A stretch of DNA of 64,000 nucleotides from Erythrobacter sp. (GTDB lineage Bacteria > Pseudomonadota > Alphaproteobacteria > Sphingomonadales > Sphingomonadaceae), in contig DAICXZ010000009.1 in NCBI GenBank assembly GCA_027311945.1, positions 114,243 to 178,242 of the forward strand, given 5' to 3'. Made by a program: the position numbers and the translations under genes. The first letter of the stretch is position 1. Each line of letters starts with the position of its first letter. Below, piece by piece: positions 1 to 9,035 of the stretch. Under the pieces are notes generated by a model, which was given only the letters and a program-made list of their open reading frames with translations, searched no databases and was not told the DNA's origin.

Positions 1-999
1 CCCGCGCCGGAATCGTTCCTCGATCCGCTGCCGCAGCGTCGGCGTGATCGCCAGGCAGATGCCGACGTAAAGAATGATCGTCACCAGCACGATCAGCAGC
101 AGCCACGGCGAATAGAACCACATCACGGCCAGAAAGACGAACGTGAACAGGAGATCGACCCCGAGGGTCATCGCCGAGGATGTGAGAAACTCCCGGATCG
201 TATCCAGTTCGCGGACCCGCGCCACCGTGTCACCCACGCGCCGTTGCTCAAAGTAGGCGAGCGGAAGGGCGAGCGTGTGCCGATAGAGCCGTGCACCAAG
301 CTCGACATCGACCCGGCTGGTCGTGTGGGTGAACAGCCACGCGCGCAGCCCGCCCAGGAACGTCTCGAACAGGATGATGCCGCCAAGAGCAATGCCCAGA
401 ACGTCAAGCGTCGTCAGTCCGCGATGCACCAGCACCTTGTCGATCACCACCTGGAAGATCAGCGGCGTCGCCAGCGCAAAGAGCTGGAGCACGAAGGTTG
501 CAGCCAGCACTTCTCCGAGCAGGGCACGATAGCGCATCAGGGCCGGCACGAACCATGAAAGGTCGAAGCGGCCCTCGACACCGCCACCGGCACGTGTTGT
601 CATCAGGAGCATCTCGCCTGTCCACGATGGCTCCAGATCATCGAGGGAGCAGGCAATCGGCGGCTGCCCGGGCCGCTGGATCAGCAATTCACCGTCGCGA
701 GCCGCACCGACCACCACATAGGAACCATCCGCCATGCGTGCGATAGCAGGAAGGGGCGCATCGCCCAAGCGTGCAAGCGCAACAGTGGATGTCCGGGCTC
801 GGGCGCCGAAACGGCGGGCGAGCCGCAGCAAATCCTCACTGTTTGCAAGCTCCCCTTTACCGAGCGTACCGAGCGCGTGGCGCAACTGCTCAGGGTCGGC
901 AGCAATCTGGTGAACGCCAAGCAGGAGAACAAGAGCCGCCAGCCCGGAATCCTCGACGGCCTCGCTTTGGTCGAATGATCCACTGCTGGCAGCGCCCAT
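1..999 (-). CDS. Type I secretion system permease/ATPase, HlyB family (N-terminal 333 codons; 3' part lies beyond the left edge)
   Basis: Absent from the ORF track because it runs off the edge. I translated the minus strand by hand from the ATG at 999-997 to position 1 and found no stop. The translation is MGAASSGSFDQSEAVEDSGLAALVLLLGVHQI...FDLSWFVPALMRYRALLGEVLAATFVLQLFALATPLIFQVVIDKVLVHRG...RRVGDTVARVRELDTIREFL. It is collinear with the HlyB C39-like domain plus the ABC transmembrane domain. Confidence 0.85.
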   Translation of the reverse strand, partial: MGAASSGSFDQSEAVEDSGLAALVLLLGVHQIAADPEQLRHALGTLGKGELANSEDLLRLARRFGARARTSTVALARLGDAPLPAIARMADGSYVVVGAARDGELLIQRPGQPPIACSLDDLEPSWTGEMLLMTTRAGGGVEGRFDLSWFVPALMRYRALLGEVLAATFVLQLFALATPLIFQVVIDKVLVHRGLTTLDVLGIALGGIILFETFLGGLRAWLFTHTTSRVDVELGARLYRHTLALPLAYFEQRRVGDTVARVRELDTIREFLTSSAMTLGVDLLFTFVFLAVMWFYSPWLLLIVLVTIILYVGICLAITPTLRQRIEERFRRG

Positions 1000-1730
1000 C
1001 ACCACCCCCCTTGCCGACGCAGAGATGTATTACACCCCCGCAGTCCAGCAGACTGACGCCACTTACTTGTCGATTTCGCTGCAGAAACGTTCAACGACTG
1101 AAGGCGCGCCCAAAATCGCTGTCTTCTTTTGCACCTAATCCACTACATGATCAAACCCGATTCGCCAAGAAGAATCAGATTATTACAACAATGTCACACT
1201 ACTTGACTTAAAAAGAAGGCTCGTTGTTCGGATTGCCACTTTTACGTATGCTATCCCTACAGCCGGATGACACCCGAAGGTAGGTTTATTAGCCTGGAAA
1301 CTATAACCATTTCTATGTGATTCCGTGGCGTTTCGGATCGAACATTTAGAGAACCAACTGGTCGCATCGTTCGGTATAGCGTGACCACGCCAACCATCGA
1401 CACAATGAAATCCAGCAAGCGATGTCGGTTACTTGTATGATCGCAGGGTTCGACGCGCAGATAGAAACGAGCGCGTAACGACCGCTGTCATTCGTTGATG
1501 GATGCCGGAGCCCCCACTTATTCCCCAGCAGTATCATTCGGCCTCAAATAATCCCACTGGACAGTTGGCACTTGTGATGGTATGAGCACCCCGCAGTAAG
1601 AAAATACTGCCGTAAAATCAATACCTTGCCTCGGCAACCGGGTGCCCGTAGGGGTCACCAGCCGGACTTATGCCGGCTCCCGCCAACTTCTCCCTAGCCA
1701 AGTCGCCCGCCTTATGCTGTTGCACCCGGC

Positions 1731-2915
1731 ATGGGAGGACGCCCGCTACCATTTTCCGGAATCGCACTCGCGCTGATCACCGGCGCCGTGCTGGTCGCTG
1801 CGGGCATGGATTTCTGGCTTGTTGCCGGCGCCTGCCTGGTGTGGATCGGATCGCTGTGGCTGCTCGCTCCCCCGCCCCCACCCCCGCGTGCGCAGGAACC
1901 CGATAGCGTCAAGATGACCCGCTCGGGCATGCGCGACATGATCGAACATTCAGGCCTTCCGGTACTGATGCTCGATGGCAACCGAATCATCTCGGCCAAT
2001 GCTGCCGCGCGTGAAGCCATCGGTGCCCACGTGGTCGGGCAGGACGCGCGCGTCGCGCTGCGCCATCCGGCCGCGGTCGACCTGCTCTCCCGCCCCAAGG
2101 GCGGCTCTGCCACCGTGCAGGGGCTCACCGGTCCGCGGTCCAGCTGGCAAATGACGCGCCAGCCCATCGACGAACGCTATTGCCTGATCGAGCTGGTCAA
2201 CCGCACCGCTGAGGCCGACGTGAGCCGGGCGCACACCGATTTCGTCGCCAATGCGAGCCACGAGCTACGCACGCCGTTGGCCTCGATCATCGGCTATATG
2301 GAAACGCTGGAGGACGAGGGTGAAAACGTCGATCCCAAGCAGGCAAGCAAGTTCTACGGCACCGTTCTGCGCGAGGCGCGGCGGTTGCAGGCGCTGGTCG
2401 ATGACCTGATGAGCCTGAGCCGGGTCGAAGCTGAAAAGCACGACCACCCGCGCGAAAAGATCGATCTGCGCCCAATCGTGGTGCAGGCCGCGCGCGACGG
2501 TGCCGGTCCCAACCGTCTCGAGCGCCTGGTCGCCAACATCCCCGAGGACGCATTTCCGGTGCGGGGTGATTCGCGTCAGCTTGAGCAGCTCGTGCGCAAT
2601 CTCGTGGACAACGCGATGAAATATGGCGGGCAGGACAAACCCGTCACCGTCACGCTCGAACACGGTACGCGCGAGATGGCCGTCATCACCGTGCGCGACG
2701 AAGGCGAAGGCATTGCGCCCGAACATATCCCCCACCTCACCCGCCGCTTTTACCGCACAGATCCGGGCCGCAGCCGCGCACAAGGCGGCACCGGGCTGGG
2801 CCTTGCCATCGTGAAGCATATTGTGGAACGGCACCGCGGCCGGCTCGACATAAGCAGCAAACTCAACAAGGGAACGACGGTGGAAGTGAAGCTTCCGCTG
2901 GTGACCGAAGCCTAG
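1731..2915 (+). CDS. phoR: Phosphate regulon sensor histidine kinase PhoR
   Basis: 394 aa. It has N-terminal TM segments, a PAS-like region, an H-box (FVANASHELRTPLASIIGYMETL) and a HATPase_c domain (GGTGLGLAIVKHIV). It sits directly upstream of pstSCAB-phoU-phoB. Confidence 0.9.
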   Translation: MGGRPLPFSGIALALITGAVLVAAGMDFWLVAGACLVWIGSLWLLAPPPPPPRAQEPDSVKMTRSGMRDMIEHSGLPVLMLDGNRIISANAAAREAIGAHVVGQDARVALRHPAAVDLLSRPKGGSATVQGLTGPRSSWQMTRQPIDERYCLIELVNRTAEADVSRAHTDFVANASHELRTPLASIIGYMETLEDEGENVDPKQASKFYGTVLREARRLQALVDDLMSLSRVEAEKHDHPREKIDLRPIVVQAARDGAGPNRLERLVANIPEDAFPVRGDSRQLEQLVRNLVDNAMKYGGQDKPVTVTLEHGTREMAVITVRDEGEGIAPEHIPHLTRRFYRTDPGRSRAQGGTGLGLAIVKHIVERHRGRLDISSKLNKGTTVEVKLPLVTEA

Positions 2916-3049
2916 CCTCGCAGCCCGGTCTGAGGAACAAAGTCCCCAAGTGTCGCGAAATCAGGGGTTGCTTTGACAGCCGACCTTGGCTGTAGCGACA
3001 GCGTAACCTGGCTGACCTAGGTTGCGATCGGAAGGAATTGGAATTGCCA

Positions 3050-4078
3050 ATGAATGCGAGACCTGCCCTGCTCCTGCTCGCAGCCGCCAGCGCGCTGCTT
3101 TCCGCCTGTGGAGATTCCGGCGAAGGCCGCACCGGGATTCGCGCGGTCGGCTCGTCCACCGTCTATCCCTTTGCCAAGGTGGTGTCGGAAACTTTTGCCC
3201 GCTCCTATCCTGAATTTTCGTCACCAGTGATCGAAGCGATCGGCTCGGGCGCGGGTATTTCCCTGTTCTGCAAGGGCATCGGCCCAGACACGCCCGATTT
3301 CGCCCATGCCTCGCGCCGGATGAAGAAGAGCGAGTTCGAAACCTGCAGCGCCAATGGCGTCAACTCGATCACCGAAATCCAGGTCGGGCTCGACGGCATT
3401 GCCTTTGCCTCCTCGCGCGGCGGGGTCACGATCGATCTCACGCCCGAAATTGTCTATCGTGCGCTTGCTGCAAACCCTTATGGCGGCGAGCAGACCACAC
3501 GCACCTGGTCTGATATCGACCCGTCGCTGCCTGATCTGCCAATCCTCGTCTATGGTCCGCCTTCCACCTCGGGTACGCGCGATGCGCTTAAGGAACTGGT
3601 GCTGAAGGTCGGCTGTGAGGCCGGGCCTTTGCCCGAAGGGCTAAGCGAAGAGGAAGAAGACCGCATCTGCACCGAAGTCCGCGCCGACGGCGCTTTTGTC
3701 GAGCAGGGCGAGCAGGACAACCTCATCGTGCAGAAGATCGAGAGCAATCCCAACACCATCGGCGTGTTCGGTTATTCCTATCTCGAAGAAAACCTCGATA
3801 AGCTGCAAGGCTTGACCATGAACGGGGTCGCGCCGACTTACGACAACATCGCCAGCTTCGCCTATCCCGGCGCGCGGCCGCTCTACGTTTACGTGAAAAA
3901 CGACCATGTCGGGGCAATTCCGGGAATAGTTGAATATCTACAGGTCTGGCGTGACAGCTGGAAAGCCGATGGCCCGCTGGCAAAGGTTGGCCTGGTCGCC
4001 AATCCGACCGAAAAGATGGCTGAAATGGACGCAGCGATTTCCAGCCGCCCCGCCCTCACCCCGGCCGATTTCCAGTAA
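3050..4078 (+). CDS. pstS: Phosphate ABC transporter substrate-binding protein PstS
   Basis: The ORF is listed as 3038..4078. The ATG at 3050 lies 13 nt after a GGAAGGA motif. The product has a lipoprotein-type signal (LLSAC) followed by GSSTVYPF, typical of the PstS/PBP fold. First gene of the pst operon. Confidence 0.9.
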   Translation: MNARPALLLLAAASALLSACGDSGEGRTGIRAVGSSTVYPFAKVVSETFARSYPEFSSPVIEAIGSGAGISLFCKGIGPDTPDFAHASRRMKKSEFETCSANGVNSITEIQVGLDGIAFASSRGGVTIDLTPEIVYRALAANPYGGEQTTRTWSDIDPSLPDLPILVYGPPSTSGTRDALKELVLKVGCEAGPLPEGLSEEEEDRICTEVRADGAFVEQGEQDNLIVQKIESNPNTIGVFGYSYLEENLDKLQGLTMNGVAPTYDNIASFAYPGARPLYVYVKNDHVGAIPGIVEYLQVWRDSWKADGPLAKVGLVANPTEKMAEMDAAISSRPALTPADFQ

Positions 4079-4096
4079 CCGGACGAAGCGCTCAGC

Positions 4097-5482
4097 ATGT
4101 CGCCTGCCCTTCCCATCCTGCTGGCACTTGGCCTTGGCCTCGCCGCCTGGCTTTTCGCGCGGGCGCGGGCGCAGACGTTCCGCGCCAACAGCAGTGCCAA
4201 GCGCCATGCGGCGCTCCCCTCCCACTTTGGCTGGTATGCGGCCATTTGGGTGGCGGTGCCGATGGCGCTGTTCCTGCTGGCCTGGGAGCCGATCTCGTCG
4301 CAACTTATCATGGCCGACGTGCTGGACAGCCCGGCCGCGCAGGGCCTGCCCGCTTTCGGACAGCAGCGCTTGGCGATTCTTGCCGAAGCACGGAACCTTG
4401 CCAGCAATCCAGGCGGCCCGAACTTCTACGATGAAGCCCGCGCCCTTGCCGAGGTCTATGCCGCGTCGAGCCAGTTCTACACTTTCGTCGGCGTCGCCAT
4501 TGCGCTGCTGATTGCAGGTGCCTCGGCGGTTTACGTCTTCCTGCGCCTCAAGCCTGATCTTGCCGCGCGCAACCATGTCGAGCGCATGGTGATGGGCGTG
4601 CTGCTGGCCTTCTCACTTGTGGCCATCCTGACGACTCTTGGTATCTTCGGAACGCTGGTGTTCGAAACCTGGCGCTTCTTCGGTATGGTCTCACCGCTTG
4701 ATTTCCTGTTCGGCATCCAGTGGAACCCCGACCCGATGAGCGCGGTCGAGAGCATCGACCCAAGCCGTTATGGCGCGGTGCCGCTGTTCTGGGGTACGCT
4801 CTTCATCGGCGCGATTATCGCGATGATCGTCGCGATCCCGGTCGGCATGATGAGCGCGATTTACCTCACGCAATATGCGAACCCGCGCTTTCGCGCCTGG
4901 GCCAAACCTGCGCTTGAAGTGCTCGCTGGCGTGCCGACCGTGGTTTACGGCTACTTCGCCGCGCTGACCATCGGCCCGGCCATCCGGGACGTGGCGGTGG
5001 CGCTCGGCGTCTCCAACCCGTCAAGCGAGAGCGCGCTTTCGGCAGGCCTGGTGATGGGCGTGATGATTATCCCGTTCGTCTCCTCAATGGCAGACGATTC
5101 GATCGCTGCCGTGCCATCGGCCATGCGCGATGGCAGCCTCGCGATGGGCGCGACCAAGAACGAGACGATCCGCCGCGTGCTCGTTCCCGCCGCGCTGCCG
5201 GGCATTGTGGCCGGTGTGATGCTGGCGATCAGCCGCGCTATCGGTGAAACCATGATCGTGGTGATGGCCGCCTCCACCGCCGCTAACCTCACCGCCAACC
5301 CGCTCGAAGCGATGACCACGGTGACGGTTCAGATCGTGGCCCTGCTCACCGGCGAAGGCAGTTTCGATCATCCGACCACGCTCGCTGCATTCGCGCTAGG
5401 TTTCGTGCTGTTTCTGGTCACGCTGGCGCTCAATTTCATAGCTCTGCGCGTGGTGAAGAGGTTCCGTGAAGCCTATGAATGA
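4097..5482 (+). CDS. pstC: Phosphate ABC transporter permease PstC
   Basis: 461 aa multi-pass membrane protein with the ABC permease EAA-like region (SRAIGETMIVVMAA). Located between pstS and pstA. Confidence 0.9.
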   Translation: MSPALPILLALGLGLAAWLFARARAQTFRANSSAKRHAALPSHFGWYAAIWVAVPMALFLLAWEPISSQLIMADVLDSPAAQGLPAFGQQRLAILAEARNLASNPGGPNFYDEARALAEVYAASSQFYTFVGVAIALLIAGASAVYVFLRLKPDLAARNHVERMVMGVLLAFSLVAILTTLGIFGTLVFETWRFFGMVSPLDFLFGIQWNPDPMSAVESIDPSRYGAVPLFWGTLFIGAIIAMIVAIPVGMMSAIYLTQYANPRFRAWAKPALEVLAGVPTVVYGYFAALTIGPAIRDVAVALGVSNPSSESALSAGLVMGVMIIPFVSSMADDSIAAVPSAMRDGSLAMGATKNETIRRVLVPAALPGIVAGVMLAISRAIGETMIVVMAASTAANLTANPLEAMTTVTVQIVALLTGEGSFDHPTTLAAFALGFVLFLVTLALNFIALRVVKRFREAYE

Positions 5483-6734
5483 CATCACCGAACCGCTCGG
5501 CCCCACCCGAACCCCGGCTTTCGCTGCAAGGCTGAAGAAGCGCTATGCTGCCGAGCGTCGCTTCAAGTATCTCGGCATGGCCGCCGTGGGATTCTCGATT
5601 GCCATGCTGCTGTTTCTGCTGGTGACGATGACGCTCAACGGGTTGGGCGGTTTCCAGCGCGCCGAACTGCGGGTGGACGTCGATCTTTCGGAGGCCTCCC
5701 TCTCGCTCGACCCGACGGTCGACTCCGACGCGGTGCAGATCCGCGCGCTAGAGAGCCAGGGCTTGCCCGAGGTGGTCACTTTCTCGGCCGAGCAGAGCCT
5801 GGGCGAGGAAGCCGCCGAGCAACTGAACATCGATGCCTGGCGCTCGGTTGCAGAGCGCATCCTCGACGATCCCACGATCCTCAATCGGTCGACCACGCTC
5901 TGGCTTCCGGCCAGCAACTCGCTCGCTTCGGCTTTTGCGGGCGACGGTCAGATCCAGTTGCAGCCGTTGGCGAAACAACTCGCCGCCGAAGGCAAGCTGG
6001 CCGAGCGCTTCGATGTCGGCTTCCTTGCCCGTTCGGACGCGACCGACCCGCAGTTGGCAGGCATCTGGGCCGCGCTTAAAGGCTCTATCCTGACGATGAT
6101 CGTCACCCTCGTGCTCGCCTTTCCTATCGGCGTGCTCGCGGCGCTCTATCTTGAGGAATATGCGCCGAAGAATCGCTGGACCGACATCATCGAGGTCTCG
6201 ATCAACAACCTGGCCGCCGTACCTTCGATTATCTTCGGCCTGCTTGGCCTTGCGGTTTTCCTCGCGATCTTTCCCGGCTATCGCTCGGCCCCTCTGGTCG
6301 GCGGTCTGACGCTGGCGTTGATGACGATGCCGGTGATCGTGATCTCGGGCCGCAACGCGATCAAGGCCGTGCCGCCCTCGATCCGCGCCGGCGCGCTCGC
6401 CATCGGGGCCTCGCCGATCCAGGTGGTGTTCCACCATGTGCTGCCGCTGGCGCTGCCCGGCATCCTCACCGGCACCATCATCGGCATGGCCCGCGCCTTG
6501 GGTGAAACCGCGCCCTTGCTGCTGATCGGGATGCGCGCCTTCGTCGCCACCCCGCCCGATGGATTCACTGACAACGCCACTGTTCTGCCGATGCAGATCT
6601 TCCTGTGGTCGGACGAAATCGACCGCGGGTTTGTGGAAAGGACCAGCGCGGCTATTATCGTCCTGCTCGTCTTCCTCCTGCTGATGAATGGTCTCGCCAT
6701 TTATCTGCGCAACCGCTTCGAGAAGAAATGGTAA
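5466..6734 (+). CDS. pstA: Phosphate ABC transporter permease PstA
   Basis: 422 aa permease ([14 protein letters not shown]). The start overlaps the pstC stop: GTG at 5466, or alternatively ATG at 5475. Confidence 0.88.
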   Translation: MKPMNDITEPLGPTRTPAFAARLKKRYAAERRFKYLGMAAVGFSIAMLLFLLVTMTLNGLGGFQRAELRVDVDLSEASLSLDPTVDSDAVQIRALESQGLPEVVTFSAEQSLGEEAAEQLNIDAWRSVAERILDDPTILNRSTTLWLPASNSLASAFAGDGQIQLQPLAKQLAAEGKLAERFDVGFLARSDATDPQLAGIWAALKGSILTMIVTLVLAFPIGVLAALYLEEYAPKNRWTDIIEVSINNLAAVPSIIFGLLGLAVFLAIFPGYRSAPLVGGLTLALMTMPVIVISGRNAIKAVPPSIRAGALAIGASPIQVVFHHVLPLALPGILTGTIIGMARALGETAPLLLIGMRAFVATPPDGFTDNATVLPMQIFLWSDEIDRGFVERTSAAIIVLLVFLLLMNGLAIYLRNRFEKKW

Positions 6735-7564
6735 TGACCGAATATCCGGAAGCCCCGCAAGTGCGGGCGGCCATGCCCTCTATCGACGCCGAGCGCGCCG
6801 AACATGGCCCAGCCAAGATGACCGCGCGCGACGTGTCGGTTTACTATGGAGACAAGCAGGCGATCGATTCGGTGTCGATCGACGTGTTCAGCGAGTATGT
6901 GACCGCGTTCATCGGCCCGTCAGGCTGTGGCAAGTCGACCTTCCTGCGCTCGCTCAACCGGATGAACGACACCATCGCTTCGGCGCGTGTCACTGGCCAG
7001 ATCGCACTCGATGGCGAGGACATCTACGATAGCGGGATGGACGTGGTGCAGCTGCGCGCGCGGGTGGGCATGGTGTTCCAGAAGCCCAATCCGTTCCCCA
7101 AGTCGATCTACGAGAACATCGCCTATGGCCCGCGCATTCACGGGCTGGCTGAGAATAAGGCCGATCTCGATATTCTCGTGGAAAAGAGCCTCCAGCGCGC
7201 TGGCCTTTGGAATGAGGTCAAAGACCGTCTCGCCGACACAGGCACCGCGCTTTCGGGCGGCCAGCAACAGCGCCTGTGCATCGCGCGCGCCATCGCGGTT
7301 GAACCCGAAGTGATCCTGATGGACGAGCCATGCAGCGCGCTCGACCCGATTGCCACCGCCAAGATCGAGGAACTTATCGATGATCTGCGCGGTAACTATG
7401 CTATCGTGATCGTCACCCATTCGATGCAGCAAGCGGCGCGCGTGTCGCAGCGAACTGCCTTTTTTCACCTCGGCCATCTGGTCGAATACGGTCTGACATC
7501 CGATGTCTTCACCAACCCGGCGGAAGAGCGGACCAAGGACTATATTACAGGGCGTTACGGCTGA
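6728..7564 (+). CDS. pstB: Phosphate ABC transporter ATP-binding protein PstB
   Basis: Walker [10 protein letters not shown], signature [14 protein letters not shown], Walker [12 protein letters not shown]. The listed ORF (6605) extends back into pstA. The realistic starts are the ATGs at 6728 or 6734, at the pstA stop. Confidence 0.9.
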   Translation: MVMTEYPEAPQVRAAMPSIDAERAEHGPAKMTARDVSVYYGDKQAIDSVSIDVFSEYVTAFIGPSGCGKSTFLRSLNRMNDTIASARVTGQIALDGEDIYDSGMDVVQLRARVGMVFQKPNPFPKSIYENIAYGPRIHGLAENKADLDILVEKSLQRAGLWNEVKDRLADTGTALSGGQQQRLCIARAIAVEPEVILMDEPCSALDPIATAKIEELIDDLRGNYAIVIVTHSMQQAARVSQRTAFFHLGHLVEYGLTSDVFTNPAEERTKDYITGRYG

Positions 7565-8232
7565 TGAGCGAACATACCGTCAAGGCGTTCGATGAAGACA
7601 TCACCCGCTTGCGCGGGCTGATCGCCGAAATGGGCGGTCTGGCCGAACTGGCGATTCATCAGGCGATGGAGGCCATGCTCAGCGGCGACGAAGTGCTCGC
7701 CGCCGAGGTGGTGGAACGTGACAAGAAGCTCGACATGCTCGAAGCCGAGGTCGACGCGATGGCGGTGCGGATGCTCGCCCTGCGCGCGCCGATGGCTGAT
7801 GACCTGCGCGAAATCATCGCAGCGCTGAAGATCGGCGGCGTGATCGAGCGGATCGGCGACTACGCCAAGAACATCGCCAAGCGCACCGGCCGCATCGAAG
7901 GTCGCGCCCGGTTCGAGCCGCTGACTCTGCTGCCCGCCATGGCAGAGGTCGCCATCGAGATGGTGCACGACGTGCTTACTGCCTATGCCGCGCGCGACCC
8001 CATCGTGGCGCGCGACGTGATCGAGGCCGACGCCAAGGTTGATGCCTTCTACGACAGCATTTTCCGCAATTACGTCAGCTACATGGTCGAAAATCCTGCG
8101 ACCATTTCGAGCGCGGCGCAACTGTTGTTCGTGGCCCGCAATATCGAGCGGATTGGCGACCATGCGACCAACGTGGCCGAGATGGTGCACTTTGCCGCAG
8201 TCGGCACCTATCCGCAGGATATCGAGCGCTAA
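7564..8232 (+). CDS. phoU: Phosphate signalling complex protein PhoU
   Basis: 222 aa with two PhoU repeats (ERIGDYAKNIAK and ERIGDHATNVAE). The ATG overlaps the pstB stop (TGATG). Confidence 0.92.
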   Translation: MSEHTVKAFDEDITRLRGLIAEMGGLAELAIHQAMEAMLSGDEVLAAEVVERDKKLDMLEAEVDAMAVRMLALRAPMADDLREIIAALKIGGVIERIGDYAKNIAKRTGRIEGRARFEPLTLLPAMAEVAIEMVHDVLTAYAARDPIVARDVIEADAKVDAFYDSIFRNYVSYMVENPATISSAAQLLFVARNIERIGDHATNVAEMVHFAAVGTYPQDIER

Positions 8233-8262
8233 AGGGCAATCCTGCGTCAGCGTTGTGTCTTA

Positions 8263-8280
8263 TTGTCACAAATTTGTCGA
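8263..8280 (+). promoter_or_regulatory. Putative Pho box upstream of phoB
   Basis: TTGTCAC-AAAT-TTGTCGA is two 7-nt direct repeats on an 11-bp pitch. It matches the enterobacterial Pho box CTGTCATA(A/T)A(A/T)CTGTCA(C/T) at 13 of 18 positions, and lies about 64 nt before the phoB ATG. Confidence 0.45.
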
Positions 8281-8343
8281 AAAAATGCCATAACTGCGTG
8301 ACGGCGGGCCGCGCTTGTGCGGCCGCCCATGAGGTGTTGTGCA

Positions 8344-9033
8344 ATGTCCGCTCCCAAACTGTTGCTGGTCGAAGATGATACGGCGCTCGCCGAACTGCTC
8401 GAATACCGCTTTGCCAGCGAAGGCTACGAGGTGCGCACCAGCGCCGACGGTGACGAGGCGCTGGTCATGGCGGCCGAGGATACGCCCGATCTGGTCCTGC
8501 TCGACTGGATGATCGAGGGCACAAGCGGGATCGAGGTCTGCCGCCGACTGCGCCGCGACAAGGCGACCGCCCACGTTCCGATCATCATGCTGACGGCGCG
8601 CGAAGCCGAGGACGACCGCGTGCGCGGGCTGGAGACAGGCGCTGACGACTATGTCACCAAGCCGTTCTCCCCGCGCGAGTTGCTGGCGCGTGTGTCCGCT
8701 GTGCTGCGCCGCGTGCGTCCGGCACTGGCAGGTGAGACTATTGAGACGGGCGACATCAAGCTCGATCCGGTCGCGCACCGGGTGGAGCGCCGGGGCCGCG
8801 CCTTGCAGATCGGCCCAACCGAATATCGCCTGCTCAAATTCTTCATGGAGCACCCGCGCCGGGTGTTCTCGCGCAGCCAGTTGCTAGACGCGGTATGGGG
8901 CACGGGTAGCGAGATCGAGGAACGCACGGTCGACGTGCATATCCGCCGTCTGCGCAAGGCGATTGCACTCGACAATGCACGAGATCCGATCCGCACGGTA
9001 CGCTCGGCCGGCTACGCGCTCGAGCCGGTCTGA
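8344..9033 (+). CDS. phoB: Phosphate regulon response regulator PhoB (OmpR family)
   Basis: Begins MSAPKLLLVEDD, with a receiver domain (DLVLLDWM) and a winged-helix output domain (RTVDVHIRRLRK). The internal ATG at 8344 fits the family N-terminus better than the listed 8317. Confidence 0.9.
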   Translation: MSAPKLLLVEDDTALAELLEYRFASEGYEVRTSADGDEALVMAAEDTPDLVLLDWMIEGTSGIEVCRRLRRDKATAHVPIIMLTAREAEDDRVRGLETGADDYVTKPFSPRELLARVSAVLRRVRPALAGETIETGDIKLDPVAHRVERRGRALQIGPTEYRLLKFFMEHPRRVFSRSQLLDAVWGTGSEIEERTVDVHIRRLRKAIALDNARDPIRTVRSAGYALEPV

Positions 9034-9035
9034 AG

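Noticed and set aside
1346-1537. 63-aa minus-strand ORF upstream of the C39-domain ABC exporter, considered as a bacteriocin or leader-peptide substrate
   Set aside because: It has no double-glycine leader. Its composition is Cys/Trp-rich and implausible, and it has no RBS. The exporter's C39-like domain also lacks the catalytic Cys, so it is not a leader-cleaving bacteriocin exporter. Other small ORFs I translated by hand in 1000-1345 are only 10-17 codons long.
2916-3049. Pho box upstream of pstS
   Set aside because: Only two CTGTC(G/A) half-sites are present, on the opposite strand and 22 bp apart (within ttgacagccgaccttggctgtagcgacagcg). They overlap an inverted repeat. The match is too weak and wrongly oriented to call without a lineage-specific matrix.
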